Shown one piece after another: positions 1 through 13,897 of a stretch of DNA of 52,763 nt. How positions within the stretch are numbered: the stretch's first letter is position 1; each line of letters begins with the position of its first letter. The notes beneath the pieces were generated by a model, which made no database searches, was not told the DNA's origin, and saw nothing but the letters and a program-made list of their open reading frames with translations. The stretch comes from Basidiobolus meristosporus CBS 931.73 (taxonomy: Eukaryota; Fungi; Basidiobolomycota): the NCBI GenBank assembly GCA_002104905.1, contig MCFE01000615.1, positions 1 through 52,763 of the forward strand, read 5' to 3'. A program made the position numbers and the translations under genes.

Positions 1-314
1 GACAGGTGTTTCATGGCCAAGAGGCCTGTTATAGTAGTCACATGGATGTCTTCCCCTTCTCTTATGGTGTTGAGTCAAAGAAGTCTTGTCTCTGGGGCAA
101 ATAGCTAGATACTCAACAACATAACACTGTGGTATCACTTTTCAGCAAATACTCATATGAATCTAAGACAGTCTTGTATTTGAGATATTGCTCTTACATA
201 AATGTTAGAATATATAATGCCCCACCATAGTAAGCACTTTAAATGAAATTGTGGCACCTCATGTACATTTATATGTAGCCTATTTTCCTCTGGTTTGACT
301 CACTTTCATTTATT

Positions 315-3300
315 TGTTACAAGTCTGGATCTATGAGTTGCAGAGGAAATGGGAGTTTAGCTAGCATTGTATTCACTCAAGCTTGACCTGAATTTTATTG
401 AGGTTCCAGCTGCTCATCACATACATTCTGCCAGATCAATAGCTAAATATTTGTACTTCTAAATGTGGGCTGTGGCAGGTGACTCATATGATTGCATCAT
501 CAGCACCCAGTTGTATGATACATCATACATCTATTTCTGTACAATAAGAATCTGCTAACTCATTTGCTGAATAACACTACTGATCCAATTGATAACACAG
601 ATATACTGATAGGCCAGACCTAAAACTAATTGATCTGATTGGAAACAGTAGATTGTAACATTCTCACCTTCAAAAGCTAAGAGTATACTTCTAAATCTCT
701 TTTCTTGTAATACCAGTATCATGATGGTTCAGTATTGTCAGCAAGTTTTGCAAATTTGAGTCTGTCAATATGAACTTAGTCTTCCCATATATTGCAACGT
801 TTTTGACTAGTTGATAAGTTGCAAATGGACATCCTCTGGTGATCTTGAAAGGTCCTTTCCATTTTGGCTCAAACTTCTTCCATGTGTTATTTCTCAACAG
901 GAAAAAGTTCCAACTGTCAAGGCTTCTGGTGATATAGACATATCAGATCCCTGCTTCATCTGTTCTGCACCTGGAGATTCTTTACCTATACCTCTTGACA
1001 ACTTTGTTCCAGCTGCTGGTGTCTACTTGGCTGACTGTGCTTGTCTTCTAAGGAATCTGTATGCTTTAGTTGTGTGAGATCTCCTGCAATCCCCAGCTCA
1101 CATCCATACACTAAGTGAAATGGCAATTGTGGGTGGAGTTGTGCACACTAACTCTGCAGGAAAGAATTGCTTGGTCTATATGCTCATCCCATCTACTGAC
1201 AGCCCTGTTTGCATATTTGATCAGCTTCTTTTCCAGGTAGGCTTCCAATATCTTTGCAATAAAGCTTGCTCCTCTATTGGATTAATACTCTACAAGGCAT
1301 CCAAACTTCATTAGGACGCCATGGTAGATGAAACTTGCAACTTCTTGTGCATTGGCCCCAGATACTACTCTAGCCACAGGCCATTTAGTGGCATGGCCAA
1401 TTGCTACAAGGATCTAATGGTTGCATTTTCTGGTTGTTGGCAGTCCTCCAATAAAGTTAATTTCCCATCTCTGAAGTGGTCTTACAGCCTCCAAGGGAAG
1501 GTGTTCAGCAACTCTTTGTGGTTCCCCTTGGTTGATTTGGCAATTTGGGCATGTTTTCACCAGCTTCTCAATATCTTGTTTCATCCTGGGCCACTATGCT
1601 CTGGCTTTGATAAGGCTATTGGGTCTTTCAGTTCCAAGATGTCCATATCCATTATGAAGCTTATGTATTAAATCCAGGCAAGCCATATAAGGGCATTAGT
1701 CAATAGGCCTTCCATCAACAATTTGGTAGTGTTTCATCCTGTACCACAAATTATCTAGTTTCATCCTAGAGTATTGTCTTGATTGCTTTAATCAGCTCAT
1801 TAGAAATGACTTGGTCCGTCAAGTACTTTGGTATTAAGCTAGACCAATTTGGCTCATGCACCAGGTTCAGTTGTACAACTTGTTCTATTTTGGATAAGGC
1901 ATCAGTACCTGTGTTGTTTTTCCCAAGGCAATAGACAATTGCAAAGTAGAGTTGCTGAATGTATTCATTCCATCTTGTCATTCTTCTGTATAGTACCTTC
2001 TGAGTAAACATATACTTGAGTGAGGTGTTATCAGTCTTCACAGTGCACTTGACTCCTTCAATGTAGCATTGCCAGGTCTTCAAGCAGTGAATTATAGCAA
2101 GCATCTCCTTCTCATGCACTGGATAGTTGTATTCTACTGAGTTCAATTTCTTGGACTCAAAAGTAACTGGGTAGTCCTCTCCCTCATGCTCTTGGCTCAG
2201 TACTCCACCAATTGCATAAACTGAAGCATCTGTGCACAGAGTAGGCTCTTTTCTGAAGTCTGGGATTCTAAAGCTTGGCAGCTAAGCAAGTTTGTTCTTG
2301 AGAGCCTGAAGGGAAGTCTCCCAGGCTATGTCCCACTTCATGGTGTTGTCTTTCTTGAGAATATCAGTCAAAGGGGCTGCATTACTTGCAAAGCACTTGA
2401 TAAATCTCCAATAATCAGAGACCATTCCAAGGAATGTTCTGAGCTCCAATATGCTATGGGGCTGCTTCAGATTCTTGATGACTTCAAACTCCTTGGGGTC
2501 TAAGGTCACTCCTGTGCTTTCCACTATGTGTCCCATGTTTTCAATATGTTCCATCAAGAATTCATACTTTGCTAGCTTGCCATGCAACTTGTTCTCTGTT
2601 AGCTTCTTCAAGATCTTTCCAATGTGCACCAAGTATTACTCTTCTGTCTTACTCAATATCAATATGTTATCTAGGCAGATTGCTAAAAGCCTGTCTGAGT
2701 ATTCCTGAAAGACTATTTATGTCAGCATCATGAATGTTGCAGGGGCATTGGTAAGGCCAAAACACATGACTAAGTACTTGTAATGTCCATATCTGGTCCT
2801 GAATGCTCCCTTAGGGATGTCTTCTGATTTCACCCTAATATAGTTGTATCCTGACACAAGGTCAATCTTTCTGAATATGATGGCACCGTTGAGCTGGTCC
2901 AAAAGCTCATCAATTCAAGGTATGGGGTCCTTATTCTTTACAGTAGCTGAGTTGAGGGCTCTGTAGTCAATGCACATCCTAAGTGCTCCATCTTTCTTTT
3001 CACAAAAGTACTGGGGCCCTCCAAGGTGACTTACTGGGTCTGATATATCCTTGCTCGAGTAGCTGATCCATTTGACTCTTCATCTCTTCCAACTCCAATG
3101 AACTCACTCTGTAAGGTGTCTTACTCAATGGGAGGCTATCCCAGGTGTCAATGGCATAATCCACATCTCTGACTGGAGGAAGGCTTACAAGTTCTTTTGG
3201 AAACACATCTGTATATTCCTTCAAAAGAGTCTGGACCATCTGAAATACTGGAGTAGAGGAGTCCTCCTGTAATATGTCATGAGGAGCATCTGGGTACCTT

Positions 3301-4594
3301 TTCTAAGTGCTCTAATAAGCTGTGTCTTGCTAAATTCACTTGTTGAACGCACACTGGAATTGACCATGTGGAAATCCTGTCTGGCAGGTAAGAGCACATA
3401 GGTCTTGTTGTCCTTCAGCATCTGAGTAGCATGGGTTCTCTGGTTGATTTATGGACTACAACAAAATAGCTAGGTTTTTCCAAGTACAAGGTCAGACTTG
3501 TAGGTCTTCTTTATAGTCATTGATCTTCATTCTTACTGGCTGAGTAATATGGTAAATTATGTGAGAAATCCCATATGCTGTCAAGACTGAGGTTAATTTG
3601 GTGCATTCCAAGTTGATTCAAGCTTTCAAATCAATTTGCCCTAATTTGTACTCATGCAGTGCTCCAGAGTCAATCATGATATTGGCAGGTATTCAATTGA
3701 TTACTCCTTCCAAGTATAATTGCTTTGCTGAGGTCACTTGGGATAAGTATTCTTCTGTCATATGGAAGGTGAGTTCTGAGTCTTTTTCAAGTTCATCTTC
3801 CATGTTATTATGTTCAAGGGCTTCAATAGGGTCAAAGGTTCCTGATGACTGGTGTCCATTTTTTCTCTGAGGGCAGTACCTTGCAATATGTCCTTGCTGG
3901 TGGCAACTAAATCAAGGTCCATTCTTCTTACATTTTTCTGATGTGGGATTATTCTGCATAACACTTGCATTCTGGAGCAATTCCTTGGCCTTGAAAGCTT
4001 CTTCAATCTGGAAGAGTCAAGTTCCCAGGATTTCATTGACTCTACCGTGGTACCCATGGACCATCACACTAAAGCTGCTCTTGACAGGCTTTGGGCCATG
4101 GTATTCATTCCTTGTTGCTGCTGGGCCAGGACCTGCTTCATAACATTCATTCATTTGTGATATTCTGACATCTTGAGGGAGGCTTTTTTGTTCTTCAGGG
4201 GGGAGGTTTGGATTATTGCTGCTACCAATGTTATAAGTGTTGATATAAGAGTTGTATAGGAATAGGGAGCTTAGTAGTATTTTATTTACTAAAGCTTAAA
4301 CTGATTTTATTGGGGTTTCATCAGCACCTTATATACATTTTGCCAGATCAATTGCTGACTAATTGCTTTTCATAATGTAGGCTGTGGCTGATGACTCATC
4401 TAGTTGCATAATCATCACCCTATTATATGATACTTAACATATCTATTTCTGTATGATAAGGATATGCTGATTCATCAGCAGACTAGTACTAATGATCTGA
4501 AAGATAATACTGATACATTTGTAAGATGGACATAAACTAATTTATTTGATTAAAAACTGATCCAACTTAAACATTTAAGCAGCAGATCATAACA
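315..4594 (-). mobile_element. Ty3/gypsy LTR retrotransposon, copy A (old, internally deleted)
   Basis: TG..CA LTRs at 315-660 and 4229-4594, visibly much more diverged than in copy B, with no matching TSD. PBS-like TGGTAGCAGCA lies next to the right LTR and a degenerate PPT at 661-670. Minus-strand remnants of zinc knuckle, protease, RT ([17 protein letters not shown]), RNase H (YPVHEKEMLAII) and integrase C-terminus (KFEPKWKGPFKI). Confidence 0.93.
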
Positions 4595-4637
4595 CATATC
4601 CTACCAAAAAATGAAGGAAAGTCATCTGGCTTGCAAC

Positions 4638-5004
4638 TGTTACAAGTCTTGGTATAAGAGTTGTAGAGGAATAGGGAGTTTAGCTAGTACTGTATTCACT
4701 AAAACTTGAACTGATTTTATTGAGGTTCCAGCAGATCCTTATATACATTTTGCCAGATCAATTGCTGACTTATTGTATTTCCTAATGTAGGTTGTGGCTG
4801 ATGACTCATTTGATTGCATCATCATCACCCAATAAGATCCTACTTAATATATCTATTTCTGTCTGATAAGGATCTGCTGATTCATTTGCTGACTAATGCT
4901 ACTGATTTCATAGATAATACTGATATACTGATAACCTAAACATATACTAATTGATTTGACTAAAAACTGATCTAACTTAAACATTCAAGCGGCAGATCAT
5001 AACA
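4638..5004 (-). repeat. 3' LTR of Ty3 copy B
   Basis: TGTTACA...ATAACA, near-identical to 8450-8817. TATA-like TGTATATAAG and AATAAA are present on the minus strand. Confidence 0.97.
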
Positions 5005-5014
5005 TTCTCCCCTA

Positions 5015-8000
5015 CTACAGTTGAGAGGGTTCTCCTGAATCTCTTTTCTTGTGATACCAATATCTTGATGGTTCAGTATTTTCAGCAAGTCTTGCAAGCT
5101 TGAGTCTGTCCCTATGCACTAAGTCTTCCCAGATATTGCCTTGTTTGTCCACCAGTTGGTAAGTTGCAAAGGGACATTCTCTGACAATCTTGAATGGTCC
5201 TGTCTGTTGTGGCTCAAACTTCTTCCAAGTGTTGTTTCTTAGCAATACAAAGTTCCCAACTGTCAATGCTTCTGGTGCTATAGTCTTATCAAATCTCTGC
5301 TTCATCTTTTCTGCACTTTGAGATACTTTGGTCTATGCATCTTGACATCTTTGTTCCAGTTGCTGGTGTCTATTTGGCTGACTAAGTTCATCTTCTAAGG
5401 CATCTGTAAGCTTGTGTTGTGTGAGATCTCCTGGAATCCTTGGTTCACATCCATACACTAAGTAAAATGGTGATTGCTGGGTAGTGTTGTGTACTCAGAC
5501 TCTGCATGCAAAGAGTGCTTAGTCTATATACTCATCCCATATACTGACAGCTCAATTTGCATACTGGGTCAGCATTTTTCCAAATAATCCATTAAACCGC
5601 TCAGTGACTCCATTAGTTCTGGGGTGATATGCTAAGGTTTTCAAGTGTCTGATCTGCTGCATTTCCAGGTAAGCCTCTAATGTCTTTGCCATAAAGTTTG
5701 CTCCTCTATCAGATAAGATCCCCACAGGGCATCGAAACTACACCAGGATCTCATGGTAAATGAAACTTGCAACTTCTTGTTCACTGGCTATTGGCACAGC
5801 TTTAGCAACTGGCCATTTAGTGGCATGGTCAATTGCTACTAGGATCCAACGGTTGCATTTCCTGGTAGTTGGCAGTCTTCCAATAAAGTCAATTCCCCAT
5901 CTCTCAAATGGTCTTACAGGCTGTAAAGGGAAGAGTTTGGCAATTCTTTGTGGCTGGCCTTGATTGATTTGGCAGTTTGGGCATGTTTTTACTAGCTTCT
6001 CAATGTTTTGTTTCATTCTGGGCCACTATGCTCTGGCTTTCACAACGCTATAGGTTCCTTCAATCCCAAGATGTCCATATCCATTGTGTAGCTTATGTAT
6101 TAAATCCAGGCAAGCAGCATAAGGACAATAGGCAATAGGGCATCCATCAACAATTTGGTAGAGTGTTTCATCCTGTACAACAAATTTGCTGGCTTCATCA
6201 CGGATTATCTTCTTGGTATCTTCATCCACCTCATTAGGAATGGCTTGGTCCTCCTAGTACTTTGGTAATAGGCTAGGCCAATCTGATTCATGCACCAAGT
6301 TGAGTTGTGCAACTTGATCTAATCTTGATAAGGCACCGGCAACCATGTTGGTTTTTCCAGGGCAGTAGACAATCTCCAGGTCAAATTGCTGAATGTATTC
6401 ACTCCATCTTGTCATTCTTCTAGAGAGTACCTTCTGAGTAAATATATACTTGAGGGAGGCATGATCAGTCTTCACAGTGCATTTGACTCCTTCAATATAG
6501 CATCTCCATGTCTTCAAACAATGTATTATAGCAAGCATCTCCTTCTCATGGACTGGATAGTTTTGTTCTGCTGAGTTCAGTTTCTTGGATTCAAAGGCAA
6601 CAGGGTAGTCCTTTCCCTCATGTTCTTGGCTCAGCACTCCACCAATTGCATAATCTGAAGCATCTGTGCACAGAGTGAACTCTTTTCTGAAGTCTGGTAT
6701 TCTTAAGCTTGACAGCTTAGCAAGTTCATTCTTGAGCGTCTGGAAGGCAGTCTCACAAGCTATGTCCCACTTGTAGGTATTATCTTTCTTGAGGATATCA
6801 GTTAAAGGGGCTGCAATACTTGCAAATGACTTGGCAAAACTCTGATAATAGGAAACCATTCCAAGGAAGGATCTGAGTTCTGATATGCTATGGGGCTGCT
6901 TCTAATTCTTGATTACTTCCACCTTCTTGGGGTCTAAGGTTACTCCCGTGCTAGTCACTATGTGTCCCAGATATTCTACGTGTTCCTTGAAGAACTCACA
7001 CTTGGGTAGCTTGCCATAAAGCTTGTTCTCTCTTAGCTTCTTCAAGACCTTTTCAATGTGCACCAAGTGATCCTCTTCTGTCTTGCTGTATATTAGTATA
7101 TCATCTAGGTAGATTATGACAAACTTGTCTAAGTAATCCTGGAAGACAGTCTGCACCAGGGTCATGAAAGATGCAGGGGCATTGGTGAGACCAAAACTCA
7201 TGACTAAGTACTTGTAATGTCCATATCTGGTCCTAAATGCTGTCTTAGGAATATCTTCTGGTTTCACCTTAATTTGGTTGTATCCTGACATGAGGTCAAT
7301 CTCACTGAAAATAGTGGCTCCATTAAGTTGGTCCAAAAGCTCATCAATCCATGGTATGGGGTACTTATTCTTGACGGTAACTGAGTTCAGGGCTCTGTAG
7401 TCAATGCACATCCTAAGTGTTCCATCCTTCTTTTTCACAAAAAGCACTGGTGCTCCCCAGGGTGACTTGCTGGGCCTGATGTATCCTTGCTGCAATAGCT
7501 GATCAATTTGTCACTTCATTTACTCCAATTCCAATGGACTCATTCTGTAAGGTGCCTTGCTCACTGGAGGGTTATCTCCTGTGTCAATGGCATGATCCAC
7601 GTCTCTGACTGGTGGTAGGCTTACAAGCTCATCTGGAAACACGTCTGAATATTTCTTCAAGAGAGTCTGGACCTGCTGGGGTGCTGGGGTAGAGGAATTC
7701 TCCTGTAATACCGCCATGAGAAACATCTTGGTACCTTTTCTAAGTGCTCTACAGAACTGGGTCTTGCTAAGTTCACTTGTCTCACACACACTGGAATTGA
7801 CCAAGTTGAAATCCAGCCTGACAGGTAATAGCTCACAGGTCTTGTTGTCTTTTTGGATCTGAGTAGCATGGGTTCTCCAGTTGATTGATAGATTACGACA
7901 AAATAGCCAGGTTTCTCCAAGTACAAGGTCAAACTTGCAGTTCCCAAATATATAAGCCTGTAGGTCTTCTTCATAGTCATTGATCGTCATTCTTACTGGC

Positions 8001-8269
8001 TGGGTAATACGGTTGATTATGTGGGAGTTCCCATCAGCTGTGGAGACTGAAGTTGATTTGGTAGGTTCCAAGTTGATTCCAGCTTTCGAAGCAAATTGCT
8101 CTGACATGTACTCATGCAATGCTCCTGAGTCAATCATGATCTTGGCAGGTACTCCATTGATTATTCCATTCAAGTACAATAACTTCCCTGAGTTTGAAGT
8201 CATTTGGGACAAGTACTCTTCTGTCATATGGAATGTGAGTTCCAAGTCTTCTTCAAGCTCATCTTCCAC
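5015..8269 (-). pseudogene. Ty3/gypsy pol (protease-RT-RNase H-integrase), one frame with 10 in-frame stops
   Basis: Six ORF-track pieces share one frame. Motifs IMIDSGA (protease), YLDD (RT), TDAS...HEKE...TDH (RNase H), HNGYGH...CPNC (integrase zinc finger), WGIDF...ID, SDRG and NGVTE (integrase core). Confidence 0.96.
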
Positions 8270-8437
8270 ATATCAGTGTTCATGTGTCTCAATATGGTTG
8301 AAGGTTCTTGTTGGCTGAGGATCTGGAGTAACTGTTGCTGTTGGGCCAGGATTTGCTGCATGGCATTCTTCCATTCTTGATTGTCTGACATCTTGAGGGT
8401 GGTTTCTTCTTTCTTCAGGAGGGAGGTTTTGGGTTAT

Positions 8438-8448
8438 TGCTGCTACCA
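8438..8448 (-). other. Primer-binding site of Ty3 copy B (TGGTAGCAGCA)
   Basis: Lies 1 nt inside the 5' LTR. TGGTAGC is complementary to the 3' end (GCUACCA) of initiator tRNA-Met. The same motif occurs in copies A and C. Confidence 0.75.
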
Positions 8449-8449
8449 A

Positions 8450-8817
8450 TGTTACAAGTCTTGGTATAAGAGTTGTAGAGGAATAGGGAGTTTAGCTAGT
8501 ATTGTATTCACTAAAACTTGAACTGATTTTTATTGAGGTTCCTGCAGCTCCTTATATACATTTTGCCAGATCAATTGCTGACTAATTGTATTTCCCAATG
8601 TAGGTTGTGGCTGATGACTCATTTGATTGCATCATCATCACCCAATAAGATCCTACTTAATATATCTATTTCTGTCTGATAAGGATCTGCTGATTCATTT
8701 GCTGACTAATGCTACTGATTTCATAGATAATACTGATATACTGATAACCTAAACATATACTAATTGATTTGACTAAAAACTGATCTAACTTAAACATTCA
8801 AGCTGCAGATCATAACA
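8450..8817 (-). repeat. 5' LTR of Ty3 copy B
   Basis: About 98% identical to 4638-5004. Confidence 0.97.
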
Positions 8818-10572
8818 CAACTAAACTGCACTGCTGAGAACAGTAGAAAAACAGTAGGACATCAGCTTGCTTTGACAACTGGCACAACAAGTGGGCTACA
8901 ATCAAAAAAGGCCATATTAGCATTGTGCTCACTAAAGGTAATAATGCAGGCCTCTTGGGCTCTCAGTCAGGTAATAAATTGTGAATATCTGCAGAGCTAC
9001 AAACTGACTATAATTCTCAGGCAGATGAGCATGTAGCCAATGCTGTAATGTTGGTTGAAGACCAACCAGTGTCTGTCATAACATCACCACTGTTAATATT
9101 AGCAACTACGCTGCAAGCTGATACCAATGCCCAAATAAGGCAATTAGGTGCATTATGCAGTCTTTGAAGCACAACAACATTGCTAAGGATATAGCCCACA
9201 AAAAATGCTATCATTGCATAAGAGGGAGAGACTGTGGTGTTTATACCCATGACTAAGTTAAAAAAAGCTGAAGATCTGTGAAACTGTTGAGTGCAACATA
9301 GAAGAGTAAGCTAATCTTCAAGAGGTTGTTAGAAGTCTAGCACAGCATCACCTCAAGGCCAGTATACTATGGGACAATCAGGAGCTCAAGGCCAATCAGA
9401 ATGTGCTTTACCTGTTCCATGAACATTATTCTTAATGCAAGCAAGGAAATAGGTTGGGCTAGCACTGGTATGCTAACCAGTATCGCAAGAATAGCAGATA
9501 CTGTCATTGGCAAAAGAGTAAGGGTGCTATAGCTAAAAACCAATGTCTTCCTCAAGAGCCTGCTACAAGCAAGGCCAAAAGCTCTAAACAAGCATCAGAG
9601 AAATGTCAGAAAGCTGAAAGAGTGCCATTAAGGGACAAGCAGGTGGACATAGATGCATCAGCAGAGTATTTATCAAGAGAAAAGCATAGTCTCATTCAAG
9701 AAGAACTAATTGAAGGTAGCAGTGAAGGACCTGGCAGTAATAGAAGCCAGCAACTTCCGCAGGAGCTGATCACAGCTCAGGCCAACAGTCAAAACAAATA
9801 GCAAAGAAATGTCAGCTAGCAACAAGTCAGAAACAAGAAGGAAAAAATGGATGTCCCAGTGCAGCATATATCAAGACAAAAATGTAGATCATTACAAGAA
9901 GCACTTGGACAAAGTACTAGTGAAAGACCTGGCAGTGATAAAGGATAGTAGAGAGAGAGAAAGGTCTACACAAGCTGGAGACAGGCAAATGTGAGAAAAT
10001 GCTGTGTTCTCACCAATATATGCCTTCAGCCCAGAACTGTCTGAATCCCAGTATAGGCAATAGCAAGTACCTACAGGACAAAAGCTGTTTTCTCTGGAGT
10101 TGCAAGCCCAACCAGTTGAGTTACACTCCAATGAGGTAGATAAGCTTACAGAGAAGTGCAATTTGTCCACCATTGCCTCTAAATCCATATTTATAGTCAG
10201 AGTTATAATAATGTCAGCAGCTTGAAAGACTATTTTAGTACCTGCAGTGAAGTTTTGGGGCAATAACAAGAACAGTAAAGGTTACAGCACTTAATCAAGA
10301 GCAGCGCTCAAGAATATGTACTAAAATATTGCAAGAATTTATTACAAAGACTGGATAATGAGGTGCTAGCACTTGCAGTGCTGGCTGAAGACCAGGTTAT
10401 ATTGGAGCTGGTGAATGAACAGTGGCATAAAGTAGTGGGGTTCCTGTTAAAGTTATGGAAAAAAGCATTTTGGCACAAATAATTATTGAGTATTAGATTT
10501 GAATGAAGTTACTGGTTGAGTGTGAGGTTGAGCACAATGCTAGTGTTGTGTATAAGGACTTGCATAGGTTAG

Positions 10573-13500
10573 CCCTATGCAAAATTATCAAAATGATCCT
10601 GTCAAAAGGCTGTCACAAAGCTAAAGTCCCATGACTAAGAGGCACTGATCCAATCAGGACACTGTCCAGAGACTGTTGAAAATAATAGCACCCCAGATTT
10701 CACAAAAAACTTGTTCAAAACTTCTCATCACATCAATGTAAAAGTGGCTTTTGCTTGGTTCCCTGACAATCTGCTCACTTTCGGATCCCAGATACTCATA
10801 AATGCTTATATACAGGTGTATGTGGCGCCACAACTTTATTGATAATGCATACTATGGCAAGTCATCATTGAATCTTACATATGTGTAGGTGCTATATCTC
10901 AAATGCATGACTGTCTTAAGCTCACATGTGTATTGACCAAAAAAAGATATAATGGCATCACATTGTTGAAGGTCAAACAGTTTGACCCATGGACAAGACT
11001 ACTTTGATTCAATGCTGTAAGTAAAGAGAAAAAGACCATGTAGCTATTGTTGCAAGTCTCTCAGCCATGAAGCATGCAGACAGCATAGGAAGTATTACAA
11101 GGATCATTGCCAGTGTTTTGCCATCCCAGTCATATTTAACCATTCATTAGTCACTACTGTGGCAACATTATTTTGCCAGCCAGTTGATACTTCTATATTA
11201 GCACATAGTTGTCTTTGTCACCTTGCACAAACTGAGTCATGTGAGTTTGTGACACCTTTAGGCCCACCTCAGCCTTCAGTATATGGCATGGAGAGTGATA
11301 GCTCTGATAAAGAGGGCTTACTAATAGATTTTGATCCTATCTCTCCTAACAGCAATACCACATATGAGCCTGGTCAAATCCCTATATGCAAAGAGACATT
11401 ACCAATTGAAACAAATGCCAAGGATACTTTATGGAGCCAAGTGAGCCCAGTAGAGCATCTACTGGTAAATGATGTAATGTTGTGGCTAGAGAAGAGGTGT
11501 GTTCCTACTTATATCAGTAATGGGGGCTTTGAGGACTTATTACTACTTCTTGCCAAAATCATACCGGGATGCAACTTACCATGTACATGGTACAAGTGGA
11601 CAACTATCATGTGGATGGCAACATATGATCCAGAGACTGTACTGTTTCCAGCATGTGTTAACAGTTACATGGCATTCACATCTGAATATGCTACCATTGC
11701 AAACTGTCCAAATTGTTGGGAATTCACCACCATTGAGTGAAAACATTGTTCACACTCCAGATATATTCTGGTCATACCCTGTCTGAGAAAGCTGATGCAG
11801 TCCAACAAATATTGCAAAGCTATACAGTACCACACTCAATATCAATCAACTGCAAACATATCCAATTTATTTGATGGCAAACATTGCAAACAGCTAAGAA
11901 GCAAGGGCAACTTTGAAGGTATGCATGAGCATGCCTTTGCTTTAGCACATGATGGATTCTCAGTAAAGAAGTACTCTACCAGGAAATCCTGCTGGCCACT
12001 GATTCTCATTAATCTGAATCTGCTGCCCATCTTACAGTATCAGAGCAATAATATGATGGTAGTCTCACTGGTATCTGAGCCTAAATCACCATCCAACCTG
12101 GATAACTACTTGTATCCATTGCTGGATGAATTTCTATGCTTTCCAGCAGGATAACAGTGATTGGCTGTCATGTAAAAGCGCATATTATTTTCCTCATTGG
12201 AGATGCCCCAGCCATCAGTACAATAGCATGTTTTCCAGACTCAGTGGATAGTAATGCTGTTAAATGTGTGAGATCCAGGGGATTTTCTCCATAACTCACA
12301 CACATTATTATTACCCAAACACCAGCACTAAGAACATTATCTTTCCACAGAGAGAACGTAAAGAAGTCAGCATGCAATTGCAGCAAAGTTGGCAAGCTAT
12401 ATGCCATTGCGCAGAATATGGAATCAATTGGAAACTGCAGATACTTAAGATAGAGGGTACATGTTAGAACAAAGGCTTAAACTGGGAGCAATGCATTTGC
12501 TATTCAACAATATCTCTATACTGATGACCAAGTTGTACATGGGACATTTCAAGCTAAATGAGCCATTTGAGACACCTGAGAAATTTGAAAAAATTGGGAA
12601 GATATTACCAAGTATCTGTTACCTTAAGTACTTCTCACAAGCCCTAATTAATACTCATATGTATCTACAACAATACAAATGTAAAGACTGGATGAACTGG
12701 ATACGTATTTATTCAAGTGGCATTCTGAAGCCATTCCTACCACAAGTACATTGGAAGCATTGGGAGTCATATGTGGACATTGTAGGAATATTTATCCAGA
12801 AACAGATGATCAATGTCTGCTTGACACATCTACAGCTGTTTTGTGAGGAGTTTGTGATGGGTTTGGAGTGGCTGTACTACAAACATAAAGCTGAACATGG
12901 AGATCTCTGCCACTACTGTTTCCATTCTCTACTCCATCTTGCATGGTGTGTGGATAATATTGGGCCTTGCTTCACCTTTTGTGAGTTTCCTATGGAGCGG
13001 ATATATGAGGAGATAGGAAGACAAGTCAAGTTGCAAGTACTACCCTATTCCAATATGTTCAAGAATATTGCCTTCAAGTCTTTCATGGATGTGACAAGTT
13101 GGCACATGGAGGACCACCAGGGGGAGTTGGAAAGTACTGAGGACAAATGTGCACACTATGGCATTACGCAGCTAAGCAGCCCCAATGCATGGGTATTCAG
13201 TTAAGTAATGCAAAGTTGTATTAGGTGCAACAAGCAACTGATTTTTATCAGGAAAACCCTACCAAGGTATGGCAGATATCTCACAGTCACATGCCAGCTT
13301 CTACACCATTCAATACAGAATTCACACAATTAAAAGCCAGAGCACAGCAATAAGCAAGAGGCCATAGTTCTTTTTGGCTCAAACCATATGTAGAATACCC
13401 AAGGTAGTAGTGGGTAAGCAAATAGAATTAAGGTGATACTACAGAAGAATATTTGAGTTGCACAAAGGGAGGTAGAAAAAGGAAATACCATTTGGTAAAT

Positions 13501-13897
13501 TGGTGCAGTAGCATTATACAGAGCCAGCAGTAGACTGCAATACTGCCAATATATATGCTATTAGAGTCTCACAGTGAGGCTGTTAAAATACTGTCAAGTT
13601 TCTTGCCATATAAGGCAACTGGATGTCCTGACCAATTGGATCCACTTGAAATAGTTGTAGAGCACTAAAAGACCTCACTAATACCATGCAAATATTGTCA
13701 CAGCACCAGTAAAATATTGTCAAGTTTTATCCCTTCATTTTGTTATAAAATTAGCAAAACACTGTCATGATCCTGTCATAAGATAGTTAGGAGGGTCACT
13801 AATTCCAAGCTGCTGGTATTATGACAGTCTCCCAATGGGATCCTGATGGCTGAACTGGATTGGATCCACCTGCGGGACCAAATTATTTTTCATAGGG
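10573..13897 (+). mobile_element. CACTA/EnSpm (CMC) DNA transposon, copy A, both ends present
   Basis: Imperfect ~16-bp TIRs (CCCTATGCAAAATTAT left; CCCTATGAAAAATAAT right, reverse complement), flanked by TTAG on both sides, with a transposase pseudogene inside. Confidence 0.9.
11159..13204 (+). pseudogene. CACTA-type transposase (Transposase_21/Tnp2 and DUF4218-like regions), disrupted
   Basis: ACVNSYMAF..CPNC, DGF...SCWPLILINLNL..P, PKSPSNLDNYLYPLLDEF, FLIGDAPA and HSLLHLAWCVDNIGPCFTFCEFPMER motifs across broken frames. Confidence 0.88.

Larger units (their letters stand above)
4638..8817 (-). mobile_element. Ty3/gypsy LTR retrotransposon, copy B (young, gag-deleted)
   Basis: LTRs at 4638-5004 (367 bp) and 8450-8817 (368 bp) differ by 6 substitutions and 1 indel. 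4-bp TSD CAAC at 4634-4637 and 8818-8821. PPT adjacent to the left LTR, PBS adjacent to the right LTR. Confidence 0.97.

Noticed and set aside
4229-5004. Copies A and B as a tandem sharing one LTR
   Set aside because: They have separate LTRs 43 bp apart, and copy B has its own CAAC TSD.
10573-13897. piggyBac, suggested by CCC..GGG ends and a TTAA-like target
   Set aside because: The encoded motifs are EnSpm/CACTA type, and CCCTA fits the CMC terminal pattern.
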